Source: the human T2T-CHM13v2.0 reference genome, Homo sapiens. Taken from it: a DNA stretch of 64,000 nt. The notes under the pieces were generated by a model, which saw nothing but the letters and a program-made list of their open reading frames with translations, was not told the origin of the DNA and did not search any database. The stretch lies in the NCBI RefSeq assembly GCF_009914755.1, contig NC_060948.1, one strand, 5' to 3'. Made by a program: the position numbers and the translations under genes. This document shows, one piece after another, positions 22,574 to 35,173 of this stretch (its first letter is position 1; each line of letters begins with the position of its first letter).

Positions 22574-25150
22574 CTGGCCTCCTCTCTGTTCCGCCTCTAG
22601 GGCTGACCCTCTCTCCATGGGATAGAACTGCAATGGATTGAGCCATAGGCCCTGGCTGATGATCTAGGGGACTGCAGAAGTGGGTCCAGGACAGTTCAGG
22701 TGACAGTTCAAAGCCAATTCCCCAGAGACCAAGGAATGACCAGCTAGGTCCTTTCCCATGATGCCCCACGGCGAACCCCACCTCAGCAATCCTGCCAAAA
22801 CCCGGGCAGTCATGTTCAGCCAAACAGCTGAATGAGCTCAGGTAGGAGGTGTACTGCCTGCAGCTGGAGGCTTGACCTTCGTGATCCCAGAACCGCTGGA
22901 CTGCAGTGGAATGAGACACCCTGTAGCCTGCAGGGAGAGGAGTCAGGAAGGTTCATGCCAGTCCCACCCTCCCACACACCAGCTCCCCTACCATGCTGGG
23001 AGGCATTCCTTACCGAGGATGCCAACACAGTGCTCCTTCATGATGATTTCACTGTGGAAATAAAGGTTGGGATGAAAGGAAATCATCCTGCCACCGGTAA
23101 CCGGGATGGCTGAGTTCCTCCACCTGCCGGATCAAGGAGAAAGAGGATGGATTCAATGGGACCATCTCAACTAGCCGGGCTGAGGTGGCCTACTAGCTGT
23201 AGTGAACCATGAGTTTCCCCTTCCCAGCTCTCCCACTGAGACAACCCTGGTCCCCAGGGGGACCTCAAACTGACTCAGACACTGGACTCCTCCCACAGAC
23301 CCAGGCTCCCCAGCCTGACCTGCAAATCCATCACGTAGCAAAGCAGGACTTCCGCATGCTTTCCGACCCACGCCGACATCTCGTGTGCCAAACAATCTAC
23401 CTCTGCGCAAGAACTCTCCAGAGGATTGGGTGGGCAAGCCTCGTGACGCCTTGCAATTTCGCAAGAACACAGACAATGTGGAACAGGGCCATCTCCCAGA
23501 CATTTGGCCAGTCACCCTTCATTGTTGGCCCTCTATCTCTGTCTGGCGAGGAGGCAACGCCACAACTGTGGTGGTTTTTGGAGTGGGTGGACCCCGGCCA
23601 AGACGGCCTGGGCTGACCAGAGACGGGAGGCAGAAAAAGTGGGCAGGTGGTTGCAGCTGAGGGACGGGAGGGACCGGGGGTGGTGTGAGGCGGCTGCTTC
23701 TCTGAGTTTCTGAGATGCAGGAGGCCTTTGTGTGCTGGGTGCTGGACATGCTCCGCTGATGTCCGGGTGTGTGGTGTCCTCTTATCCTAGTCTCCCTGAG
23801 GGGTGGGCCTGTCCACCTGAGGGAAGCCTTGTAGTTAGAAGCCACAGCAGGGTCGTGCCTGGCGCTCTCCAAGGGAATTGCGTGGGTCCAGAGGAAGTTA
23901 TACAGGCTCAGGGCCTACACGCCTTTGAGTGCAGCGCCTGCAGTTGGATGAATGCGCATCTGCGGAGCTGGTGCCCGCCGTCAGGTGGTCGGCAGCCCCA
24001 TGCGCCGCGAACCCGTCTTAAGCACCTTGTGTTTCTGGGGTGAGCCTGCTGGAAACAGGCACCGAGAGCAGGGGTGGTTCAATGGCTGGTAATGGCATAC
24101 AGATTCCCCGTCCTCCAGGGACGTTCCCAGGGAAACGCGTCCTTCGAATTTGGGCTGTGCGAAAAGGGACCTTGGCGCCGCGATTCTCCCTTGTCAGTGC
24201 TGGCCCTGGCTCCCCTTCCCTACCACGTGCTCCCAGGGCTGCTACAAGCGAGCTGCCCTCACAGCTGCGGGAACGTGGCCTCGGCTCCCACGCTGTCCCC
24301 CATCCCCTGCCTCCTGGCTGACCCCACGTGCCTCCCACCTGGCTCCTCCCCCCAAACAGCCCCCATACCCCCCGAGGCCCGATGACTATCCCCTGCTGCC
24401 CGCCATCCCAAATCGGCAGCCGCAAGGATATGGCTCTGGCTCACAAGGCGGAGATGCTCTGTGGCCTGGGGCATTCACGGAGCCCAGCTCCAAGTGAAGG
24501 ACCTCCAGTGAGTCCATTGACGGCCCCGGTGTGCTCGGTCCAGGGCCAGGCTGTGCCCGCTGGCCCTCCTTCTGCCACCCCACGTCGGGCTCCACCTCAA
24601 CCACCACCTCCACCTCAGCCATGATGTCTTCCACCTTCAGCACCGCCTCCTCTTCCAAGGCCGCCTCCTTGCTCTGTACCCCGGCCGTCCTCTCCAGCAT
24701 TGCCTCCAGCCTGAACACGGTTTTCTCCTGGGTGCTCCCACAGACCCTGGGCCTGCGCAGCCCAGCCCAGCCCAGCCCATGCCCCGCACCCGTAGGCTCT
24801 GGGGGCCCGCTCCCCAGCAGACCCGCTCCCTGCAAGACCCACGGGCGTCGCCCTGCTGTGAACCTGGTCCCACACCTACGTGGACCCAGGTTTCCTGAGG
24901 AGCTCCGCTGGACCCGCAGATCCCGCACTGGCCAAAGGGCTCCGGTCCCCAGCAGGCTCAACTGCGCACAGGAGCTCGGGAGCCAGAGGCCCCGGCCCTG
25001 GGCTTGCAGAGCCCCACCAACAGGCACCGTAACCGCTGCTGCGGGTGCGGGAGCCTCTGGGTCGTCAAGGCAGCGCACAACAGCGTGTGTGCAGGCCGAC
25101 AATGGCCAACCCTGGCGGCTGGCCTCTGGTGTGCCCAGGGCATAGGACAA
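22574..25150 (-). pseudogene. FAM197Y: Inverted TSPY-derived gene (FAM197Y-type), unit 2
   Basis: Copy of 2292-4868 at offset +20282; ORFs 24386-25150 and 22377-22919. Confidence 0.85.
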
Positions 25151-25773
25151 GAGGCCCTTTGGAATGCTCCTTGGAGTACAGCATCCTCAGGGAGGAAGCA
25201 TGGTACTCGGAGCCTCTATTTGCCTCGACCTGTGAGAGTGTGTGCCGGGGCTCTGGCCTCTACAGCAGATCAATTCCACCTCAGCACCGGCAGGCGACTT
25301 TCCTCCCACGTGCCCGCCCCGATCACTTCCCCCAGGACACCCCTGCCGCCCTAGCCCCAGCAACCAGAGAGAGTTCTCTGCATCTGCTGTATTACCTCCG
25401 TACCATCTACCTGGCCTGCCTAACGAAGAGAGATGTTTCCTGTGTTCATGACACATAGAGATGTTCATGGCTTGCCACACTGAGGATGTCAGGGCACAGG
25501 GCTGCCATGCCCACAGTTCCAAAGGCCACGCAGCCCGCGTGTGCCCGGATGCCTAGCTACCCGGCACAAGCTCCAAGGGCTTCTCGGAGGAGGCTTGGGC
25601 AGGGAAGGCGGGGGGTGGGGGGGCTGGAGATGCAGGCCCGCCAGTGGCTGTGCCGCCCAGGGAGACGCCCACCGCCCTCCCATTGACTGGCCACGACGGG
25701 AGGAAGTCGGCCTGGGTGCGGCCCCCCGGCCCTTCGCGCGCAGTCCCTTAGGGGGCGCCTGGAAGCCCGGCGC

Positions 25774-28336
25774 ATGCGCCCTGAGGGCTCGCTGACCTAC
25801 CGGGTGCCAGAGAGGCTGCGGCAGGGTTTCTGTGGCGTGGGTCGGGCAGCACAGGCCTTGGTGTGTGCGAGTGCCAAGGAGGGCACCGCCTTCAGGATGG
25901 AGGCTGTACAGGAGGGGGCGGCCGGGGTGGAGAGTGAGCAGGCGGCTTTGGGGGAGGAGGCGGTGCTGCTGTTGGATGACATAATGGCGGAGGTGGAGGT
26001 GGTGGCGGAGGAGGAGGGCCTCGTGGAGCGGCGGGAGGAGGCCCAGCGGGCACAGCAGGCTGTGCCTGGCCCTGGGCCCATGACCCCAGAGTCTGCACCG
26101 GAGGAGCTGCTGGCCGTTCAGGTGGAGCTGGAGCCGGTTAATGCCCAAGCCAGGAAGGCCTTTTCTCGGCAGCGGGAAAAGATGGAGCGGAGGCGCAAGC
26201 CCCAGCTAGACCGCAGAGGCGCCGTCATCCAGAGCGTCCCTGGCTTCTGGGCCAATGTTGTATCCTTCTCAGTGTTTCTTCGGCCTTTCTAGTGGAGAGG
26301 TGCTCTCGGGGAAGTGTAAGTGACCGATGGGCAGCTCGGCGTCGATGTGACTCTTTGGGGAACAAAGGGGAGTTGCCACGGACCAATGTGGCTGTGGAAA
26401 GCCGGAGCAGGCGTGGGTACTATTGTCCTGCATGCGGCAGAGAAACCCTTGGTGATGCCGAGCAGCAGACGTTTGGGGCATCTTTTTGAAGAGCAGAAGC
26501 GAGTTCAGAGCGGAAGAGGTTTTTCAGTGAATGAAGCTATTTTTAAGGGAGTGTGATTGCTGCCCCTTGCTAGTCCGATCTGGGACTGGGCGTCTTCGGC
26601 TATAAGCAGATTCTGCCACTCCTCAGACACCAGCAAGTCTCTGCAAATCGCGCCTCCCCATGTCAGTGCAGTCAGCCTCAGAATCATACACCCTCTGTGA
26701 ACACAGGAGGCCTTAGTTTACGGGGAGGGGGAGGCGAAAGGAGATCATACATGGAAGCAGATCTGAGAAATCCCCTACCCCAGCCTCTGGGTGCTCTTAG
26801 GCCTTCTTCCCTGTTGCTCCTCGCTTTCCCTTCCATCGTGTGTAAAGTCTCTTTGACCTAAATCAGATTGCAAACCACCCCCAGATGTCAGCCCTGATCA
26901 CTGACGAAGATGAAGACATGCTGAGCTACATGGTCAGCCTGGAGGTGAGGCCAGGAAGACTGGGGCTAGAGGGTTTAGCGGGGGAGGGTAAGGGAAATAA
27001 TTCATTCCTGTAAGCAAGAGTGAGCACCTCACCCGAAAACCTATCTAAGCTTTCTCCACCTTGTCCTGACAGGTGGAAGAAGAGAAGCATCCTGTTCATC
27101 TCTGCAAGATCATGTTGTTCTTTCGGAGTAACCCCTACTTCCAGAATAAAGTGATTACCAAGGAATATCTGGTGAACATCACAGGTGACAGGTGGCTCCC
27201 AGGATGGGTAGTGGAAGGAAGATGGTGGGTGGATCATTGCCAACGGGATCCAGCCCCCTTCCCACAAAAACTCCTGTCTCTGTAGAATACAGGGCTTCTC
27301 ATTCCACTCCAATTGAGTGGTATCCGGATTATGAAGTGGAGGCGTATCGCCGCAGACACCACAACAGCAGCCTTAACTTCTTCAACTGGTTCTCTGACCA
27401 CAACTTCGCAGGATCTAACAAGATTGCTGAGGTGAGTCCTCACTGGGAAACATGAGGAATGACCCCGTGTGTTCCCAGCTGCTTGGGTCACCTTTCTGAG
27501 CCCTGATGAGGCCTTTCCCGATTGAGTCCCCTGACAGATCCTATGTAAGGACCTGTGGCGCAATCCCCTGCAATACTACAAGAGGATGAAGCCACCTGAA
27601 GAGGGAACAGAGACGTCAGGTGAGCCGTTAGTTGGCACTGGAGCTGTTTGATGCCCAGTATAAGGGGGTTGACACACCTGCCTATTCAGGGAGCCTGGGT
27701 GCTCATTTCAGAAATGTAGAAATTGAGGCTCCTTTCGTACATGTAGAAATTCCTTGAGAGGAAGACAGAGAGTGACAGAATCCAGGACGTTCATGGCATT
27801 GGGCTGAAAAGGCACGTTAGAGACTGCACTGCAAAGCGGGTGATAGCTGTGGAGTCTTAAGCCCAGTGAAGAATCGTCCATTTCCAGAATCAATGAGAAG
27901 TAAAGCTGAAAATCATTCAGTTCAGTCTGTGGCACTTGATTCCACGGCTGTCAACCCCACCGGCAGTCATCCCACCAACCCCATGAGATTGGGCTCCCTG
28001 AATGTGCGTCCTGGTCATCCTTGCCCCAAACCACAAAGGACTGTTTAGATTGATGGATTTCCTTAAGCTGTTGCCCCATCAGACTTGTGTGTGCTTTTAG
28101 GGCCCAGTGCATCTTGTTAGCTGACTCCCCTCACAGACAATACTGGGAATGGGGCAGGGATTGCGCAGAACAGTTTGTAACACGTGGTAGGAGGAAGTTT
28201 AAGGGATCACAAATGGGGAAGGGATATCCTTTTCTCAGCGGGCCCCACAATTGAAACATTTCAAAGTATGGCTCAGAGAAAATGCGTTTTAACATGAGTT
28301 TGTGTTTCTCTAGGGGACTCCCAGTTGTTGAGTTGA
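25774..28336 (+). CDS. TSPY: TSPY copy 2, six exons, 308 aa
   Basis: Exons 25774-26259, 26867-26944, 27073-27184, 27286-27431, 27538-27619 and 28314-28336 (927 nt). Frame and splice sites are intact. Has a single AEVEVV and the variants ESAPEE, KPQL and VEEEK. Confidence 0.97.
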
Positions 28337-31300
28337 ATATGATGGAGCATCAGATTTTACCTAATACAGCAGAACTCCTAAAAAGTTACAGCCATATGCA
28401 GGACGGCAGTACTCAGCATGGTCTTATGCACAGGAACTAAAGGAAAAAGAGATCGAGTCACAAAAATTCAGGAAGAGGGGGTAAATGTGGATTGTATGGA
28501 ATGAAAAATAAACATTCTCAAGGATGTGTGACTCTGTGTCTGTGTGTGTGTGTGTGTGTCTTTGAGTTTGTGTGTGTGTGTGTGTGTGTATGTTTATCCA
28601 CTTTATTCGGGTGTCATAATGAATTGATCAATCCACGTGCTTTATTCTCTTAATGGAAATAACCAGTCTGCGTTGGAGCTGGGCCTCTAAAGTTGTAGAG
28701 TGAATGGGTGTGGGATGTGTTGGGATTCTTCCTACAGGACAGAGTGGGAGAGGTAAAAGCAAAAGACAGCTTAGTTGGAGGCTGACTTCGTCCTGTGGAA
28801 GCAGAGATAGTTCAAGGAAAGGGGTTACTGGGTTTCCAGGGCCCAGTTTGCTGGGACCTCCAAAATCCTTCATTTTGGGTATCATCATACACAGTAGCTA
28901 AGCACAGGATGATGGAAATCTTAAAGTTCGCTTTCGTGTTGAATCCACATGTTCTTTTAAAGGTGAATGCATGATCCTTTTCTGGGACAATCAGCCTCTC
29001 AGGACTTCTGAAACATCAACGTGAGAAGAAATGGGCATGTAAGGTGTATGGAGGGACTGTGGGAAAGGTGACAGAGGCATGTGGGAAGGCATTCAGGATA
29101 CGCTTTTGGCATAGATGACTAAGGGAAAACAGAAACTTACAGAAGTGAGGGGAAAGGGGGTGGATTAGTGGAATATAAGATTGTTGGAGAATCCATCCAT
29201 GGACTCTCTTGTCACTTGATGACCCAGGATATGGACACTCTTGTTGATGTTTACATCTTTAGTTGTTTTAAGCTTTTCTCCAAGATTCTGTGTTAGGTGA
29301 GGAGCCAATAACGTATGTAGCTAACAACAGTACGAGTGCATTTTGTGCTCTTGCAAAGTCTAGTGAGGCTCTATTCTCCCTCGTGATTGGCACTGCAGAT
29401 TGTATCTGGAGCCCAGGGCCCCTAAATTTTCTGTGGCCTCTTCAGCATAGTTTGCCTAAGGTTTAGAACGTAAAGCGAATATAGTTGCGGAATATGTTTT
29501 GCAAGCCTCACACAGGAGGACAAAACATACAGCTTTCATTCGCGAGTGGGAGGCTGCTTCCCAGGAACACGTGTGTCTGCACAAGACAAGGGGTTGCCTC
29601 TGTCAAGGATGGGGCAGGAGGATTTCAGTGTCGGAGGCAGAACTTTCTTTCCTGTTCCCAGATGAAACAGTTCCAACACGAGCATCCATGTTGACCACAC
29701 GCTACTAGAGTGCTAACATTGCTGTCCCGTATAGACTCTGGTCAGCACAGCTTCTGTGAGAAGAGCTATGTTGTTTCAGGGAAGAGGGTTTGACAGTCAA
29801 AGTTCCTGAATCTGTTGTGGTGCCTGCAATATGCATTCTACCCCTCCTGCTCGGTGTCAAAGCAGTTGAGCTTTGAAAATCTATCGCCCGGTTTTGTCCC
29901 TGCTCCTATGCAGACCTCTGAAGCTCTGGAGCGGGAGTCTTGTCCTCCTCTGACTACCGTCCCCCTGACCCACAAACACAGGAGAAACAGGTGTTCTAAG
30001 CAAATTATTCTGAAAACAGTCGGAACCCTTTGGCCCCCTCAAGCTGCCCTGTATCCTACTGTGTGCATGTCAAAGACACTGTGGTCCAGTACGGTATCCC
30101 TATAGCGGCAATGGGGCAACAGATTGGTGTGTGCACTCTGGGCAACTCAGATTAGGAAACGTCTGGGGACTTGCCTATAACGAGGTCGTCTTAAAACGTG
30201 TTGCCCCAAATTTAAGGCATAGGAAAATGTTGAGGAAAGGGTCTTGCAATGATTTTTCTAGGAGGTAAATAGATAAGAAAATGACCGTAAATAGATGCCA
30301 GGGCTAGTTTTGGAGCTAGCCTGTTTTAAAGTGGTGGTAGGGGAGGAGCTTTTTCCAAGGCAGGTAGCAAACCAGGAACTGTCTACGATGGATGGGCGTG
30401 CCACGGGTTGGTGGCTCAGCCATATTGCCACCCCACCGAGTGAATGCAGCAGACTGGGCTTCTTCCTTGAATCCTACGTGCAATTCAGTCTAGTGATTTC
30501 ACATGAGATCCCTTCTTCTGGTATTATCACAGATCGTGCTGAATTATACAGGCTGTGTAATGCTTCTTCCACTGAATATCCGTGCACGTGGGCCACAGAT
30601 GCTAAGGGCACTGACAAATTTGCACCGTGCCTCAGTAACTCGGAAGCACATCTGTGATTTGTACCGACAGGGACTTGGTGTCTTTTCGTGTTTAAAGTAG
30701 CACGTGTGTGTTTGTGGTTGCGTATGTTTATTTCTCTGTGCGGGTTTGTATATTTTCTCTGACTCCACCTGTGTCTCCGTGGTTCCGATATTTTTCCACA
30801 CTCCCTGCGACAATTTGCACATGCCTATCTCTACAACCATTGTAGACTTTGTATCTGTGTCTTTGAACATCTGTCACTCTCTCTCCCTTCCTTTTTTCTT
30901 TTCCTTCCTTTACACCCCTTTCATCCTTCCCTTGCTTCCCCACCACACTCTCTCCATCTGTATCGTCTATCTTTCTATTCTCTATCTGGGTTTACTTTCT
31001 AATTCTGAATTCAAGGGCATTGAATTGAAAAGAAGCACTCTTCGTACTTTTATGTGTTTTAACTCATTTGGGGAATTTGGCGTGGTATTATTTACAGGGT
31101 TCTCTCTGCCCTTTCTCATTGTTCTCCCCAGCCGGGGCTGTTATTATGTGAAAGCTGGTTTCCTTCATCACATCGCGTAGGCTCTAATGATGTTTCGTTT
31201 ATTTTGATTCTCCTCACACTACATAGTTTTAATTTACCTAATGTGACTGTTTTTTTGTTTGTTTTCCGAGAATGGGTCTTACTCTGTCTTCTAGGTTGGA

Positions 31301-31953
31301 CAGCAGCCCCACGATCTCAGCCCACTGCAGCCCAGGCACCACACACCCATGTGATCCTGTCAACTCAGACTCTCACACACCTGGCAGTACAGGTGCATGC
31401 CACCCCTCCAAGCTATGTATTAATTAACTAAATACTTACTTTTTGAATGTGGGTCCATGTTGCCCCAGGCTCATCTGGAACTCCTGAGTGCAGGCAATCC
31501 TCCCACCTCAGCTTATCAAAGTGCTGGGATGACAGGTGTGACCCATGGCCCTGCCATGGCTTTGTGTTTTTTGCTTTTTTCTTCCTCCTCCTCACGTCTT
31601 GTTTTGAAACATGCACTGAAGGTTTCAATTCATGGACTATAGTCTCTGTGCCTGGAATTTCTATCTTTCAACTCATCATCAGCATTCATTGGGATTTTCA
31701 TATATATATACACCTATATAAGAATACCTATGTACACACATATATACGTATATACATGTATATACGTATATATGCACATTTATATACGTATATACATGTA
31801 TATACGTATATATATACATGTACACATATGTATTTATTTCTCAAGTTACGAAACGGCTTGCATTCTTTCCTGTGTCATGAAAAAGACTTTGCTAGAAAAG
31901 AAAAGCACTGCTTTATAATAAAATATTTTATTTGCATTTATTTTGTTAAGGCA

Positions 31954-33723
31954 TTTTAAAAATTGTATGTTTGTTTAAAAAATGTCATATGAAATGATAC
32001 ATATTTACAACTTAAGGCGTGATGTTCAACAGGTCATATACATTATGCATTGGATACATCCAGCCAATCAACATATGTGTGACCTCACATAGTTGTCATT
32101 TTTGTTGTGAAAAAACTTGACCTGCACTGTATTCGAATATTTTTAGAGAAAGAATATGTTACCACTAGTTATAGTGAGCATGCTGAAGAAAATATTTTTA
32201 ACCTATTCCTCCTTTATAACTAGAAGTATGAGTTCTTCATCCAGCATCTCGTCAGTGCACCCTCTTCACCGCAGTCATTGGAGTCACTACTTCTGTGAAG
32301 TCCGCTTTTTTGATTTCATATAAGAATGAGATCATGTGCTATTTTCCTTTCTGATACCTGGCTTATGTCACTTAACAGAATGGCATGCACACATTCAGCA
32401 GATTCCCACACATTCTCACAACTGGCAGGATTTCCTGATTTCTTATTGCAGCGCATATTTCCGTTGCGCATATGCGTTTTTGCCCCATTTTTTAATCCAC
32501 TTATCAATGGAGGGACACTCAGGTTGCTTCCGCATTTTGGCTACAGCAAAAATGTAATGAGTGCAGCAATAATTGCATGGGTGCGCGCACCGCTTCAACA
32601 TACTGATCTGTGTACTGGCGGGCGTGCCCGGGTATTCTGATTTGCTGGATCATATAGTGGGTGGTTCTACTTGTAGATTTCTGAAGGCTGTTTATACTTA
32701 AATAAGAGCCATAAAGCTTCTTTAATGCCAGCACTAATTTACATTCTCCCCAAAAGTGAGCAGGGAATTCGTTTTCTCTGCCTCCTCACCAGAGATTAGG
32801 GTTTTCTTTTCTTTCTTTTTTTTTTTTTGTTTGTTTGTCTTTCGGATAATATGCATTCTGACTGAAGTGAGAAGAAATCTCATTGTGTTTTTGATTTGCA
32901 TTTTCGTGATGGATTGGGGATAATGAGGAATTTTTAGTGTGTCTTCTGGGCAACTGTATGTCTCAGTTTCACAAATGAGTCTTCGCAGCCTTCGCCCATT
33001 TGTTTTCATGCTATTGAGTTGTTGGGAGTTCCTTATGTACTGTGACTATTCCCCCATGAACAGATGTATGGTGATCCAATCATTGCTCCCATCCTGTAGG
33101 ATGCCCCTTCTGTATGTTGAGTTTTCTATGGTGTGGTGAAGCACTTTAGTTTGATATGATTCCATTCTCTATTTTTGATGGTGTTTACTGTGTTCTTGCA
33201 GTCACTTTGAGACCATCATTGCACACACGGACGCCATGGAGCTGCTTCCTTGTGATCTCTTCTGCTATTTTTGTCGTTTCACATCTGACACTGGAGTTTG
33301 GTGATAAATAATCCACTTGTAAAATCCTTTGTGTGGCTATTCAGATTTCCCCAACCTAGTTTATAGAAGATACTTGATTTTGCATTGGGCGTTCTTGCTT
33401 CTTTGGGAAAAGGCTGTGAGCTGCAAATGCAGTGACTTAGTTCTGGGCTCCTGTTGTTTTTCCTAAGCTCTAGTCTCTGCTTTTCTGCCAGCGCTATTGT
33501 ATTTTGGTACAAAAAGTTTTGTAGTAGTATATCATGAAGTTAGGTAGTGGGGTGGCTCCAGCTTTGTGCTTTTTACTGGATTGCTCTGGGTTTTCAGGAT
33601 CTTCTGCCATTTCATAGCAAATTTGGGATTCCCAGATTGTTTTCTAAGAAGAATGTGTCATTGATATTTTTACAGGGGTTGTATAGAATCTGAGGATGAC
33701 TCAGGTAGTAGTGATGTCAATGC
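31954..33723 (-). mobile_element. Truncated LINE-1, unit 2
   Basis: Copy of 11690-13460. Confidence 0.85.
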
Positions 33724-33769
33724 CGTTTAGACAATGTGCGTGTTTGTGTGCACATGCTCAGGGCCAAGA

Positions 33770-35173
33770 GACACTGGGTGTCCTCACCAATACTGAGGTG
33801 GGCCTTAATATCCAGCCAGATTGCCTTCTGGAAACACACGGAATGTCCTGTTCTGTTTTGCCATCTCTTCACATTTCCTCCCCTGTGAGCCCTGTGTGGT
33901 CCTCCAGATTCCCTGTGCGGTGGCCTGCCTTTTTTGGGGTGGGGAGTTGCTGGGTGAATGAGGATGGCGGAGGGAACCAAGCATGTCAGTGGAGCGTGGT
34001 GTCATCCAAACGGTACTTAGCAGGCCTGGGAGAGTCATTCTGGGAGGACGCAGACCTAGAGAGGCCTCAGGTGGGCATCTGTGTGGAGGGTGAGAGATCC
34101 CTGGTTGAGCCCAAACTGAACCCCAGGTAGAAGCAAGCCTCAGGACAGGGAAGTAGCTAGCAAGGGATGATGAGGCAGCTATCTCTTGACCCTGGCTTCC
34201 CACCCATTGACCTTAGCTACTTATGCCTATTAAGCAGATTACGGTTCCCCCATCGTGAAATGTGGGTACCACAGTTCCCTGATGGGCATTTCTCCACCAG
34301 CCCATGATGGCCTGAGTTTCCTTACTGCAGTCTCCTCCCTGAGCCTTGGCTTCTCTATGTGTGTCCTAACTCCAGGACCCACAGGCCTGTCAACCCCCAG
34401 CCCTGGGCTGCTTCCCTGGCCTCTTCTCTGTTCCCTCTCTGAGGGCCTAACTCCCTTGGGTAGTGCTGCAGAATATAGAGCCACAGGCCCTGGCTGATGA
34501 TCTGGTGGACTGGGCAAATTGGTCGTGACAGGTCAGGTTCTGGTTCAAAGCCAATTCCTCCGATGCCAAGGAATGTCGAAGAAGGTCCTTTGCCATGATG
34601 TCCCATAGCTGTCCCACCTCAGCAATCGTGCCGTAACCTGGGCCCTCACAGTCAGACAACCAGCTGAAGAAGCTCAGGCAGTGACCTGCGGGAAACTCGG
34701 GCTTTCACCTGCATGACCCTAGAACCACTGGACTGCAGTGGAGCCAGTCGCCCTGTATCCTGGAGGGAGACGAGTCAGGAAGGCGCACGCCAGGCCCAGC
34801 TCCCGAGGTACTACCCCCTCTACTCCTCAGGGAGGATGCCAACGCAATACTCCTTAGTCATCACTTTGTTTCCGAAGTAAATGTTGTGATGAAAGGCAAA
34901 CTTCTTCCTACCCCTTGTATTCAGGGTGGCCGAGTTCCTCCACCTGCCTGTCCAAGAAGGAGAAACAGGGCTGTGAAGGGGCAATTTCATCTAGGTGGGC
35001 TGAGGTGGCACTCTAGCCGGGGTGAAGCATGCGTTTCCCCTTCCCAGCTTTCCCGCTGAGACACACCTGAGCCCCAGAAGGACCTCAACCTGACCAGGAC
35101 CTTAGCACCCTCCCCCAGACCCAGGCTTTCCATCCTGACCTGCAAATCCAACATGCAGCTTTGAAGGACTTTC
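33770..35173 (-). pseudogene. Second TSPY-family relic, unit 2
   Basis: Copy of 13507-14910 at +20263. Confidence 0.8.
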
